Notes: generated by a model from the sequence alone, not told the origin. A DNA stretch of 64,000 bases from Terriglobia bacterium (GCA_963816025.1 CAWFJA010000015.1:17254-81253); one strand, 5' to 3'. Counted from the first letter of the stretch, positions 49,508 through 59,986 are shown. Program-made: numbers and translations.

Positions 49508-51727
49508 TCAAAATACCCGGCCGAGTTGGAAAAACCACTTGCGATGCCCGCTGTCGCCCACGCTTCCCCCGAAGACCAGAGGGCCCACGGCGGTCTCGGC
49601 CAAAACCCCGAGCGCGAAATCATTGGGAAACCTGCTGGCGTTGGGAAAGCCGTACATCTTGCCAAACTCGTAGGAGGCGATGGCATAGACTTTTTTTCCG
49701 GCGAGCGGCGGCAGGGTCAGCAGATCGTGCAAATATCCCGTCCGGAAAAAGTAGTATTGGTCGCCAAAAAGTTCGTTGGTGCCATACGCGCTGAGCCGGT
49801 TCGAACCGCCCAGGAAGAATTGCGGATAGCCGTTGCTGGTCGAACCGAACGTGGTCCCACCTTCGGCGACCACGAACAGAGACGCGGGTCGGGTAATGGG
49901 CTTGAAGAACCCGACACGCGTGTCCGCGACCGGAAACCGGTTGGTCTGGCCGGGACTGGTGTCATACCAGCGGAAGTTCGACTCCGCGTTCACTCCGCTT
50001 CGCGGAACCACGGGGTCGTCGGTATGGTCGAAGAGCCAGCGCAAGTGCGTTGCCCCGGTGCGCCCGTTTAGCGATGAAAATTCCGCCGTGCCCAGCCGCA
50101 GCCTGGCATCCAGGAAGCCCACTTCGTAGCCCAGGCGGAGTTCGCTGAAGCGGTTGAATCCGTAACCGATATCGCCCCCGATCTGGGCGCCGTTCAGCCG
50201 GTACTCGGCCAGAGGATCGCTCTTCCGGTAGATTTTGAAGGCGGAGCTGCTGGCGCCGGCATGGGGCGAAAAGAACCATCGGCTGGCCGGCGAAAATGGC
50301 CGGTAGAGTTCGCTTTGTATCCCGTAAGTGTTGCCAAAAATAAAGTCGGTGCGCCATTCCGAGCGGTATCCCGCCACATCCAGAAACGTCAGGCGGGTGG
50401 CGAGCGTGAAATCCACGTCGTTGCTTTCCGATCCGTCCACTTCAAAACCCAATTGCAGGGTGGGCGGAGCGTACAGTTTTTCGTGCAACGTCACCAGCAA
50501 TCCATCCTGCCCGTTCTGCTGCGTGATCTGGTAGCCCGCGGTGTCGTAGCGGCCGATTCCGGTCAGCCGTGTGAGCAGGCTTTCCAGTTGGTTCGAGTCG
50601 ATGGGTTTTCCCGCCTGAGAGCGCAGGAATCGTCCTATATTTTCCTCCGCCACAGGGTTTGCGCCCTGCACTTTCACAAACTGCGGAATCGGGATGGCGC
50701 TCTTCTCCAGAGCCTTGCGCCGCTCCATGTATTGCGCCCAGTCCGCATCATCCAGCGCGTAAGGATCCAGCAGGCGCTCTTTTTGGGCGGCCGCCGCCGT
50801 TCCTCGATCGATGATCTCTTTCGATTTCTCATACTCCAACGAACTGAAATCCTGCAGACCCACGTTTACCACCAAATCCGCCCCGGCCAGCCCGCGGATT
50901 TCATTGCCCGCAACCACCACATCGATCGAGCGGCCCAGAATGGCGAAAAGCGATTGGATCTTGCTGGCCTCGCCGGGCGAGGTCTGCAGATGCACGCCGA
51001 TCACAATGTCCGCGCCCATGTCCCGCACCACATCCGTCGGCAGGTTCCCCACCAGCCCGCCGTCAACATAGACATGCTCCCCTTCGCGGATAGGAGAGAA
51101 AAGGCCGGGGATCGCCATGGTGGCGCGCATCGCCTGCGAGAGTGATCCATCTTTGAACACAGCTTGTTTCCCGGTAACCAGATCCGTGGCCACGCAGCGG
51201 AAGGGAGTGGGCAGATCGTCAAACGATTGCACGCCGGAGTAAGCCAGGGTTTCCCGGTCGATCAGCAGGCTGATCTGTTGGCCTGCGTTCAGTCCGCCGG
51301 GCAGGACCAGGCCTTTGCGCAGGCCCAGGACAATCGAGTTGGGGAATGCGACCTGGTCTTCCTTTCTCCGAAATGACAAGTATTCGTAGGGGATGGTTCC
51401 GCCCAGGATCACATCCCAATTTTGCTTTTCCACCAGCTCACGAAGCTCTTGCGGACTCTTTCCGGTGGCGTACAGGCCTCCCACCAGGCCGCCCATGCTG
51501 GTCCCCGCGAGGTAGTCGATCGGGATGTGGTGATCTTCAAACCACTGCAGCACTCCGATGTGCGCCAGTCCGAGCGCGCCGCCGCCTTCGAGCGCGACCC
51601 CGATCTTCAGCCGGGGCTTGACGGACGGTGCGGCGGCATTCGCTGGAGGAGCCGGCGTCTCCTGCCCTGGGCAAAGAGAGGAGAGTAATAATAAGAAGCA
51701 AATAAGGGCTGAGAGGCTGCCGCGCAT
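49508..51727 (-). CDS. patatin-like phospholipase fused to POTRA/Omp85 (Bac_surface_Ag) beta-barrel (PlpD-like, type Vd architecture)
   Basis: ATG 51727 gives a signal peptide. Patatin motifs are GGGALG, GTSMG and DGG. The C-terminal barrel ends in ..FFQLGRVF. The upstream 203 codons of ORF 49508..52336 look non-coding. Confidence 0.85.
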   Translation of the reverse strand: MRGSLSALICFLLLLSSLCPGQETPAPPANAAAPSVKPRLKIGVALEGGGALGLAHIGVLQWFEDHHIPIDYLAGTSMGGLVGGLYATGKSPQELRELVEKQNWDVILGGTIPYEYLSFRRKEDQVAFPNSIVLGLRKGLVLPGGLNAGQQISLLIDRETLAYSGVQSFDDLPTPFRCVATDLVTGKQAVFKDGSLSQAMRATMAIPGLFSPIREGEHVYVDGGLVGNLPTDVVRDMGADIVIGVHLQTSPGEASKIQSLFAILGRSIDVVVAGNEIRGLAGADLVVNVGLQDFSSLEYEKSKEIIDRGTAAAAQKERLLDPYALDDADWAQYMERRKALEKSAIPIPQFVKVQGANPVAEENIGRFLRSQAGKPIDSNQLESLLTRLTGIGRYDTAGYQITQQNGQDGLLVTLHEKLYAPPTLQLGFEVDGSESNDVDFTLATRLTFLDVAGYRSEWRTDFIFGNTYGIQSELYRPFSPASRWFFSPHAGASSSAFKIYRKSDPLAEYRLNGAQIGGDIGYGFNRFSELRLGYEVGFLDARLRLGTAEFSSLNGRTGATHLRWLFDHTDDPVVPRSGVNAESNFRWYDTSPGQTNRFPVADTRVGFFKPITRPASLFVVAEGGTTFGSTSNGYPQFFLGGSNRLSAYGTNELFGDQYYFFRTGYLHDLLTLPPLAGKKVYAIASYEFGKMYGFPNASRFPNDFALGVLAETAVGPLVFGGSVGDSGHRKWFFQLGRVF

Positions 51728-51973
51728 GAAGAGCTCCCTTCGGGCGAGTCGCAAACACGGAAATCGTGGGTGAAGACAAGTCTCGCCCAGCCCGCGAATT
51801 CGCACAAGACTCTCTTGGCCATGTGGGCGCGAGCGCCCACGCTCGTGCTGGGGCCAGAGCGGGCGTGGCCGCGGGTCACTGCCGCACGAGCGCGGGCGCT
51901 CGCGCCTACATTTGCAGCGCTTGACCTTCCGGCTGGTGTAAATTAGCTGGCGAATATTTGAGAGCATAGCCCG

Positions 51974-53035
51974 ATGACGATGAAGACCATCCAGGGCCCG
52001 GCGATATTTCTGGCCCAGTTTGCCGCGGACACGGCCCCGTTCAACAATTTGCGCAATATCGCGCATTGGGCGAGCACGCTCGGCTACAAGGGCGTGCAGA
52101 TACCGTCGTGGGACGGCCGCCTGTTTGACCTGCAGCAGGCCGCGGAAAGCAAAGCCTATTGCGACGACGTGCTCGATACGCTGACCACCCACGGCATGCA
52201 TTTGACCGAACTCTCGACTCATCTGCAGGGCCAGTTGGTCGCTGTGCATCCTGCCTACGATTTGATGTTCGATGGTTTCGCCCCCCAGCAGTTTCACGGA
52301 AACCGGCAAGCGCGGCAGGAGTGGGCGGTGAAACAATTGCTGCTTGCCGCGAAGGCGTCGGCCAACCTGGGATTAAAGGCCCACGCCACTTTTTCCGGAG
52401 CGCTGGCATGGCCTTACATTTATCCCTGGCCACAACGCCCGGCGGGACTCATCGAGACCGCTTTCGACGAGTTGTCCGCGCGTTGGCTCCCCATCTTGAG
52501 TGCCTTTGAGGAAGCCGGGGTGGATTTATGTTTCGAGATTCATCCCGGGGAAGACCTGCACGACGGCGTCACCTTCGAGATGTTCCTGGAGCGGGTCAAG
52601 GGCCATCCCCGATGCAATGTGTTGTTTGATCCCAGCCATTTTGTGTTGCAGCAACTCGACTACCTGCAGTTCATCGATTTCTATCACGATCGCATCAAGA
52701 TGTTCCATGTGAAGGACGCGGAGTTTCACCCTTCTGGCCGGCAAGGTGTTTACGGCGGCTACCAGCCCTGGATCGAACGGGCAGGGCGTTTCCGCTCGCT
52801 GGGCGACGGGCAGGTTGATTTTGCCGGCATTTTCTCGAAACTCACACAATACGGCTTCGGCGGCTGGGCCGTGATGGAGTGGGAATGCTGTATAAAGAGC
52901 GGCGATCAGGGAGCGGCCGAGGGCGCGCCTTTCATCGCCCGTCATATCATTCAGGCGGCCCAGCAATCGTTCGACGACTTTGCCGGTTCCGGTTCTGATC
53001 GAGCGGCGAATCGCCGAATGCTAGGCTTGGACTAA
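51974..53035 (+). CDS. sugar phosphate isomerase/epimerase (xylose-isomerase-like TIM barrel)
   Basis: 353 aa with an AP_endonuc_2-like pattern (..CFEIHPGED..FDPSHF..). Confidence 0.8.
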   Translation: MTMKTIQGPAIFLAQFAADTAPFNNLRNIAHWASTLGYKGVQIPSWDGRLFDLQQAAESKAYCDDVLDTLTTHGMHLTELSTHLQGQLVAVHPAYDLMFDGFAPQQFHGNRQARQEWAVKQLLLAAKASANLGLKAHATFSGALAWPYIYPWPQRPAGLIETAFDELSARWLPILSAFEEAGVDLCFEIHPGEDLHDGVTFEMFLERVKGHPRCNVLFDPSHFVLQQLDYLQFIDFYHDRIKMFHVKDAEFHPSGRQGVYGGYQPWIERAGRFRSLGDGQVDFAGIFSKLTQYGFGGWAVMEWECCIKSGDQGAAEGAPFIARHIIQAAQQSFDDFAGSGSDRAANRRMLGLD

Positions 53036-53052
53036 ACCGTCCCTGTTTCTGG

Positions 53053-53152
53053 CTGAGAACTGAGAACTCTGAACTGAAAACTGAATTTGATAAACAGAAT
53101 TTGATGACAAAATTTGAAAACAAAATTCGAAAACTGAATTTGACGCTGAATC
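53053..53152 (+). repeat. AT-rich degenerate tandem array (CTGARAA heptamers then (G/A)AATTTGA units)
   Basis: CTGAGAA CTGAGAA CTCTGAA CTGAAAA CTGAATTTGA .. GAATTTGA .. AAATTTGA .. GAATTTGA. Lies between two same-strand genes. Confidence 0.7.
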
Positions 53153-53165
53153 TAAGGATCGGCTC

Positions 53166-54353
53166 GTGAGCCTCGAAATAAAGCACGACGATAAAAAAGG
53201 ACGTCGCCTGCGCCTCGGTATGGTGGGCGGCGGTCCCGGCGGATTCATTGGAGCCGTACATCGCATCGCCGCCCGGCTGGACGATCGTTTCGAGTTCGTG
53301 GCTGCGGCTCTATCTTCCGATCCTGCGCGAGCCAGGGCGGCAGCGCTCGATCTCCACATCGTCCCCGAGCGGGCTTATGGCAGCTTCGCGGAAATGGCTT
53401 CCGCGGAGGCGAAAAGAACAGATCGCATCGATGCGGTCGCCATCGTGACACCCAACAATCTGCACTACGCGCCGGCAAAGGCATTTCTCGAAGCCGGCAT
53501 CCACGTCATTTGCGACAAGCCGCTCACTACTACTTTGGAAGACGCGGAGGACCTGGCCCGGACCGTACGCCGCACCGGCCTGCTCTTCGGCGTGACTCAT
53601 AACTACACCGGCTATCCCCTGGTACGGCAGGCCCGACAGATGGTGGCCGAGGGCGAGCTAGGGCCGATTCGCGTGGTCCAGGTGGAGTACGCGCAAGACT
53701 GGTTGGCTACGCCGCTGGAGAAGACCGGCCAGAAGCAAGCCGTCTGGCGGACCGATCCGGCACAGAGCGGGCCCGCCGGTTCTCTGGGAGACATCGGAAC
53801 TCACGCCTACAATCTCGCCAGCTTTGTGACCGGCCTCAATTGCCGGGAGCTGGCCGCCGAACTGCACACGTTTGTGCCCGGTCGCCGCCTCGACGACAAC
53901 GTGCAGATCATGCTGCGCTTTGCGGAAGGCGCGCGTGGACTGCTTTGGGCCAGCCAGGTGGCCACCGGAAACCAGAACAACTTGCGCTTGCGCGTCTACG
54001 GAGAAAAGGCCGGCATCGAATGGCGGCAGGAAAATCCCAATTGCCTCTGGTGCGCCCCGCTGGGCAAGACTCCGACTCTGATCTACCGCGCCGGTCCGGG
54101 CACAACTCCGGTGGCCGCGCACGCCAGCCGCGTACCGGCGGGCCATCCTGAGGGATATCTCGAGGCCTTCGCGCAACTCTATGCCGACATGGCCGAGCAG
54201 ATCAGCGCCCGCCTGGAGAATCGCCCCCCAGCCGCGTCTTCTTTGCTGGTACCCACGGTCGAGGATGGCGTTGCCGGCATGCGCTTCATCTCCGCCGTCA
54301 TTGCATCATCCAAGCGCAATTCCGCCTGGACCCCGCTCTCTCGCAGGGACTGA
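53166..54353 (+). CDS. Gfo/Idh/MocA family oxidoreductase (cytoplasmic)
   Basis: GTG start. Rossmann motif [13 protein letters not shown]. 395 aa. Confidence 0.85.
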   Translation: MSLEIKHDDKKGRRLRLGMVGGGPGGFIGAVHRIAARLDDRFEFVAAALSSDPARARAAALDLHIVPERAYGSFAEMASAEAKRTDRIDAVAIVTPNNLHYAPAKAFLEAGIHVICDKPLTTTLEDAEDLARTVRRTGLLFGVTHNYTGYPLVRQARQMVAEGELGPIRVVQVEYAQDWLATPLEKTGQKQAVWRTDPAQSGPAGSLGDIGTHAYNLASFVTGLNCRELAAELHTFVPGRRLDDNVQIMLRFAEGARGLLWASQVATGNQNNLRLRVYGEKAGIEWRQENPNCLWCAPLGKTPTLIYRAGPGTTPVAAHASRVPAGHPEGYLEAFAQLYADMAEQISARLENRPPAASSLLVPTVEDGVAGMRFISAVIASSKRNSAWTPLSRRD

Positions 54354-54521
54354 TCCTCGAGCGAATCTCCCCGGCTTGGGTGGCGCGGACCATCCTCTAG
54401 TAAACATCCCGGTTAGCGCGTACCCTTCAAGAGAGTCTCTTTAACGCATCTTCCCGCCGCGCCACTCGGTGACGGTTCCCTGCGAAATCAGACGGTAAAC
54501 CCCCTAACGCAAGGAGCCACT

Positions 54522-55289
54522 ATGCCCGAAAAGGCCTTAGGTCTGCGTGTCAAGCCCGATGGTTCGCGGCCTACCATCGATGGGCAGGCAGTTGAGAATG
54601 AGATTTTGCTCGGGTTGCCAGCCAGAGAGCGCGACGCAATATTTCCGCAGCTGACTTTCGTTGAACTGAAAACCCACGACGTGTTGCATGAACCCGGTGA
54701 GCCCATCAAGTTGGGCTACTTCATGAATAGCGGAATGACTTCCATTCTGACCGTGCTGGCCGAGGGGAAAAGCGTGGAAGTCGGCCTGACCGGCAAGGAC
54801 GGCTTTGTCGGTTTGCCTCTTTTGGTGGGCTTCAAAAGCGGCCCAACCCAGGCGGTGGTCCAGATCGCAGGCAGCGCTTTCCGAATCGGCGCCCGCGGAA
54901 TCGCGCAAGCCGTGCTGCAATGCCCCGTTCTTGCGAACCGGCTGCAACGTTATGTACAGATTCTGGCCATGCAGGGAACCCAGGTCGCAGCCTGCAACCG
55001 CCTGCATGAAGTGGATGAACGCCTGGCGCGCTGGCTGCTGATGTGCCAGGACCGGATCGGCTCCAACTTTGTGCCTTTGACCCAGGAATTTCTGGCTCAC
55101 ATGCTGGGCACGCGCCGGGCCAGCGTGACCGTCGCCGCCGGCATACTGCAAAAGGCAGGACTGATCACGTATTCGCGAGGCCACGTCAACATCGTCGACC
55201 GGCCCCGCCTGGAAAGCGCCACCTGCGAATGCTACGCCATCATGCAGCAACAGGATAGAAGATGGCGGACCGAGCGCTCCGGCGATTGA
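54522..55289 (+). CDS. Crp/Fnr family transcriptional regulator
   Basis: AAGGAG 7 nt upstream of the ATG. cNMP-binding-like N-domain and C-terminal HTH (RRASVTVAAGILQKAGLITYSRGHV). Confidence 0.85.
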   Translation: MPEKALGLRVKPDGSRPTIDGQAVENEILLGLPARERDAIFPQLTFVELKTHDVLHEPGEPIKLGYFMNSGMTSILTVLAEGKSVEVGLTGKDGFVGLPLLVGFKSGPTQAVVQIAGSAFRIGARGIAQAVLQCPVLANRLQRYVQILAMQGTQVAACNRLHEVDERLARWLLMCQDRIGSNFVPLTQEFLAHMLGTRRASVTVAAGILQKAGLITYSRGHVNIVDRPRLESATCECYAIMQQQDRRWRTERSGD

Positions 55290-55296
55290 GAAGTTA

Positions 55297-55393
55297 GTAG
55301 CGCCGGCGTCCCGCCGGCTGTCCGGGGGCGGCCCGCCCGCCGGGGCTTCGAGGACGCGGCCTAGGGAGAGCTGGCGTCCCGCTGGCTCTACAG
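55297..55393 (+). repeat. pair of GC hairpin units (GTAGCGCCGGCGTCCCGCCGGC ... GCTGGCGTCCCGCTGGCTCTAC)
   Basis: The left unit is near-identical to 17613-17634. The right unit keeps the stem only through G-T pairs. Confidence 0.6.
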
Positions 55394-55470
55394 TTCCCCT
55401 CCAGCATCACCCCACAATTTTGTCTGACGGGCCAGCCCACGCGACCAGATGCTCGCTTACAATAGCGGGA

Positions 55471-56911
55471 ATGCAGACCAGCGGACAAGGGACCGTGATG
55501 ACCCGGGACTGGAAACAGTGGGAGGGCCAGATCGTGAATGGCACCTTCCCGCTCCGCCAATATCTGGGAGGTTCCGGGCACAGTGCGGTATTCCTTACCG
55601 AACGGCGGGGCCGGGAACCGCAGCGTGCAGCCATCAAGCTCATTCCAGCCGATCCGGCGAACACGGCAGTCCAGCTGGCTCGCTGGGAAGCGACGGCCAA
55701 ACTGTCCCATCCCCATCTGCTCCGGCTTTTCGAGACCGGTAGCTGCCAACTGGATAAATCGGTTTTTCTTTATGTAGTGATGGAGTACGCCGAGGACAAC
55801 CTGGCGCAGATTCTTCCGCACCGGGCGCTCACGCCGGAAGAAGTGCGCGACCTGCTGGAGCCGGCGCTGGACGCTCTCACTTTTGTCCATGGCAAGTCGC
55901 TGATTCATGGCCGGCTGAAGCCGTCGAATGTGATGGCGGCGCAGGACCAGCTGAAACTATCGAGCGACAGTTTGTTTCGCACCGGCGATCCGGCGGGCAG
56001 CCTCTCTCCGTCGAGCAAGTACGATGCGCCCGAGGTCGCCAGTGGAAATATCCTGCCCGCATCCGACTCCTGGTCCCTGGGCATGACGTTGATGGAAGCC
56101 CTCACCCAGCGCCTCCCCGCGGTGGAAGGCATGACCGAACCTTTGCCCGAGACCGTGCCGGCGCCGTTCATGGGGATCGCGCACTGCTGCTTGCGCCGTG
56201 ATCCGCAGCGCCGCTGTACGGTTTCCGATATCGCCACCCGGCTGCAATCGAGTTCGCCGGCATCCCAACAGCCCTCTACGGTCAAAATACCGGCGGGATC
56301 CGCGAAGTGGTGGTACGTTCTTCTGGTCGCCGCAGTCGGACTGGTGGTGGCCGCGCTCTGGATCGGCCCCAAGCTGTTCAATTCCCACCCCGGCGCTCCA
56401 TCCGCAAGTTCGGTTTCATCCCCTGCGCCGGCTTTGCCTGAAGCCCAGAGCGTCGCGCCAAAGCAGGAGCCGGCGCCGGCGGTGCCAACGCCTGAACCCA
56501 AGCCTTCCGCGATGAGGCCGCGCCGCAGAGAACAAGATTCCGAAAGCCGCCGCGCCTTCACCCGCGCCTGCGGTGGCAGCAACCACCGCGCAATCCGCCG
56601 AAGGCTCCGATCAGGGCAAAGTGCTCCAGCAAGTGGAGCCAGTAGTGTCGAGGTCAGCACGGAACACAATTTCTGGCACCATCAGGATCAGCCTGAAGGT
56701 GGTGGTGGATGCTGGGGGCAATGTGCAGCAGGCGACGTTTCTAACCGAAGGGCCGAGCAAGTATTTCGCCCGCCAAGCCATGCAAGCCGCGCAGCAGTGG
56801 AAGTTTGCCCCGCCGCAAGTGAACGGACAGGCGGTGGCAAGCGCCTGGGTGGTGCGCTTCGGCTTCAGGAGATCAGGGACCGAAGTCGCCTCCGAACCGG
56901 CGAAACCCTAA
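55471..56911 (+). pseudogene. predicted pseudokinase (Ser/Thr kinase fold) - TM - Pro-rich linker - TonB_C-like domain, one frameshift
   Basis: Kinase fold with AIKL and YDAPEV, but HGRLKPSN replaces HRDLKPxN and SDS replaces DFG. The TonB-C-like end (ISGTIRISLKVVVDAGGNV...WKFAPP) is in ORF 56573..56911. The frame switches near 56505-56525. Confidence 0.65.
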
Positions 56912-56929
56912 CCCCCTAGGGCCTGGTCT

Positions 56930-57268
56930 CTAGAGACTGGATGTGCGCAAGAGGCGCTTGGGCGCCTTTCTCTGCCACGCGGCGCGCAATGCGGCTTCCA
57001 GTATGTCGGGCGCCACTTTTGCCAGCAGCACACGCGTAGAGCCGTTTCGTCCCCATCCGCCCGGGACCGGCGAGAAAATCCTGGGCTCGTCTTCGACCAT
57101 TCCGGCCTGCTGCGCCGGCGTGAGCAGCAGCACGCCGTAACCTTCCGACTGGAGCGAGAGCGTGGCGAAGATCTTTCCGCCCACCCGGAAGTCGGCGTTC
57201 CCGAAGTGCGAGCCTTCCACGGCCTCGGGCAAGCTAAGAGCGATACGGCGAAAATTCGCAGCGGTCAC
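56930..57268 (-). CDS. MmcQ/YjbR family DNA-binding protein
   Basis: AGGAG 7 nt upstream of GTG 57268. The longer ORF N-terminus is repeat-derived. Confidence 0.75.
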   Translation of the reverse strand: MTAANFRRIALSLPEAVEGSHFGNADFRVGGKIFATLSLQSEGYGVLLLTPAQQAGMVEDEPRIFSPVPGGWGRNGSTRVLLAKVAPDILEAALRAAWQRKAPKRLLRTSSL

Positions 57269-57293
57269 GATCCGACTCCTTTCGATTTGATCC

Positions 57294-57401
57294 GGCGTCA
57301 GCCTGAGGGACTCTAGTCCCGAAGGATCTCGCGCGTACAAGTGCGAACCCAGCCCATGACGCGCTCCACGCCAGGTCCTTCGCAAAGCTCAGGATGACGC
57401 C
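57294..57401 (+). repeat. MITE-like element, family C, copy C2 (with terminal inverted repeat GGCGTCAGCCTGAG / GCTCAGGATGACGCC)
   Basis: Aligns with C1 (38275-38368). Confidence 0.75.
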
Positions 57402-57607
57402 GGATCGAGTCGCAGCGCGCCCTTCGAGCCTAACCACAAAGGTCGCCCAGACTCCAAAGTTCGTCAAGAACGGTCGCCTCCCCTGCGCTATTGAGCATAC
57501 AATGGGCTGCCTTTGCAGGGAGGGCCCGCCGACCGGACGCCGGGGAACTCCGGTCCTCCTGTCAGACGCACAGAACGCGTAATCGAAAAGCTTCGTGAAA
57601 GGGTCTT

Positions 57608-59872
57608 ATGCGAACCAAGACGATTCCCCTGATCTTGCTACTGTGTTCCGGACTGGCAGCTGACAATCTGGAAAAGACCCAGAAAAAGGAACTTGAAGCC
57701 CAGGTAAAGACCATGACGGGAGAGGCGCAAAGGCTTGAACAGGCCGGACAACTGGCCGAGGCGCGCACCAAATATGCCGAATCCCAGGCGCTCATCGAAG
57801 TGAACGATGTCACCGAGGCCATCAAGCGCCTGGATGAACAAATCCACAAGCGGGTGAAGGATGCCTTGAATGATTCGCGCAAACTTTACGAGGCGCACAA
57901 GTTCAAGGAGTCCGCCGCCGTGCTGGACCAGGCCATGAAGCTTGAGGCTTTTCAACCGGTGCTGGCCTACAACCTTGCGCTCTGTTATCAGCAACTCGGG
58001 GACCGCAACCAGGCTCTGGAATATTTGCGCAAAGCCAAAGCCGGTACAGCCGATCCAAAGCAAAAGCAGAAGCTTCTGCAGCTTCAGACTTTCTTTACCA
58101 CTGGAGAGAATGGGCTGTCGGTGAATGACATCGACCGCGACCGCATCCTGCGAGTCAACGCCCTCGCCGACAGCGTCGGACTGGAGGCATCGCTGGAAGA
58201 CCAAGGTGGAGCAGAGGAGTCGTTCTCAGAAGCCGACGAGGCATCTCTGGAATCTTCCCCACAACCAGCGGCGCAGCCGTTCCTGAAGACAGACCGGCCG
58301 GTGGTCACGCACAGCGACACCCGCGCCAGTCACAGATCGAGCTTGTGCAATGCGCTGGTCGAGCTCAAGGGAACTTTAGCCAGCAGTCCGTCCGCGACCT
58401 TCAATCTGGCAAATTGCGCCGAGTCGAATGGACGAACCACGGAGGCGGTCCGGATGCTGGAGGAGTATCTAAAAATGTCGCCCGGCGCGCTCGATGGCGG
58501 AGAATCGCGTGCCCGCATTGCGGACTTGAAGTCGCTGCTGACTTTACCCGGCCAGAACGGAATGGAAGTGCGCCGGCTCTATGCGAGGGCGTATGGCGAC
58601 CTGGCGGAACGTAAATATGACCGTGCGTTGACCGCGTTCAAGAAGGCGAATGACCTCGCCCCTGAATTTGCCCTGACCAAGTGGAAACTGGCGCTGTTCT
58701 ATGAAGCCATGGGAGATGTCGGTCGCGCCCGGGAAAATTTCAGCCGCTACCAGCAATTGGTTTCCGATCAGAGTGCGAAAGACGAAGCTGAACTTCACCT
58801 CAGCACGCTGGATCCCAAGAAGGCGAAGTATGACGAGGAGGTGGACGAAGCTGAGGACATTGTTGCCGATCTCTTCAACCGGGCCCTGAACCTGACTTTC
58901 AATGGGCCCGAAAACCGCAGCGCCTTGCGGGCCAAGCGCGCGCGGGTGAAAAAGAAGGAAGACAAAGGCAAAGCAAAGTATAGAGTCGGTGGCTTTGCCA
59001 TCCCTTTCGCTTATGCGCAACAGCAACTGGCGCGGGCCAGTGAGCATCTGCAGGTCGCTCTCGCTCTGTTTCCCCTGGGCGCCGAGGCCAACCAGTTGAT
59101 GGGACTGGTTTTCATGCAGGCCAACGACGGTCAATCCGCCACCAGGAGTTTTGACGCAGTTGCCAGCCAGGGCCTGCCGGTTGCCTTTTATGCGGAATTA
59201 CGCGACCGCAAGCATGACCAGGCGGTGAAGTGCGAGCTAAGTCACGACCGGGTGCGCCTCATTTATCTCAGCTCGTATGACAAGAAAGGGAATCCGGCGC
59301 CACCCAGCAAGCCGGCCGGCGAAGACGGCCTCGGAGACATGGTGATCGATCCTTCGACTCCGCGGCAGCAGGGTTTCGATGCTCTCGACGTGAACTTGAG
59401 CGAGATCAAGAAAGTAGAGACCGACAAGGGACTGCTGAAGCTGAAGCTTGCCAAGCAGGATGTCTATCTGTCCCCGATTTACTTGCCTTCGTTTACCCCG
59501 ATTGAGGGTCCCCAGGCGCGCCGCTTCGCCAACACTTACACCCGGCTGTTTATTCGCTATCCCGGCCTCGAGGATTCCAAGCTGGGGACTGAAGGCATGA
59601 GCGGCGGCGAGAAGTTCATGATGGGATACAACATCGCCAATGCCAGCGCGGATATCGCCATGTCAGGCTTCGGCGGAATCGGGGCGATCGCGAGCGTGCA
59701 GGACATCATCTCGATTACTCGCACCATTCGGACTGCCATGGTTTCGCTCAGCGTGAGCTTTGCGTCGTGGGAGAAGAGCGTGGAGGACCAGCAGCAACTC
59801 CTTGCTGGTAAGTCATTTAAGGCAATTCCTATCCAGCCCGCGAATCTGGCCTTCGTGCAGGAGGCGAAGTAG
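57608..59872 (+). CDS. large secreted TPR-containing hypothetical protein (754 aa)
   Basis: Signal peptide, coiled/TPR-like N-terminal half (LAYNLALCYQQLGDRNQALEYLRKA) and an unknown C-terminal half. Confidence 0.65.
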   Translation: MRTKTIPLILLLCSGLAADNLEKTQKKELEAQVKTMTGEAQRLEQAGQLAEARTKYAESQALIEVNDVTEAIKRLDEQIHKRVKDALNDSRKLYEAHKFKESAAVLDQAMKLEAFQPVLAYNLALCYQQLGDRNQALEYLRKAKAGTADPKQKQKLLQLQTFFTTGENGLSVNDIDRDRILRVNALADSVGLEASLEDQGGAEESFSEADEASLESSPQPAAQPFLKTDRPVVTHSDTRASHRSSLCNALVELKGTLASSPSATFNLANCAESNGRTTEAVRMLEEYLKMSPGALDGGESRARIADLKSLLTLPGQNGMEVRRLYARAYGDLAERKYDRALTAFKKANDLAPEFALTKWKLALFYEAMGDVGRARENFSRYQQLVSDQSAKDEAELHLSTLDPKKAKYDEEVDEAEDIVADLFNRALNLTFNGPENRSALRAKRARVKKKEDKGKAKYRVGGFAIPFAYAQQQLARASEHLQVALALFPLGAEANQLMGLVFMQANDGQSATRSFDAVASQGLPVAFYAELRDRKHDQAVKCELSHDRVRLIYLSSYDKKGNPAPPSKPAGEDGLGDMVIDPSTPRQQGFDALDVNLSEIKKVETDKGLLKLKLAKQDVYLSPIYLPSFTPIEGPQARRFANTYTRLFIRYPGLEDSKLGTEGMSGGEKFMMGYNIANASADIAMSGFGGIGAIASVQDIISITRTIRTAMVSLSVSFASWEKSVEDQQQLLAGKSFKAIPIQPANLAFVQEAK

Positions 59873-59986
59873 CTGGACGGCTGGAGGGGGGTTAGTCTGA
59901 GGGTGTTTACTCGAAGCGTCTATGGCTGGTGCAACTTTTTTGATGCGCGCCATTCAAAGTTTTCATCGAATGAACCCAGAAGCGGA

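Noticed and set aside
51728-52336. N-terminal 203 codons of ORF 49508..52336
   Set aside because: The sequence before MRGSLSALICF.. has no protein-like character. A signal peptide begins at ATG 51727, and the upstream part overlaps the promoter region of the divergent gene.
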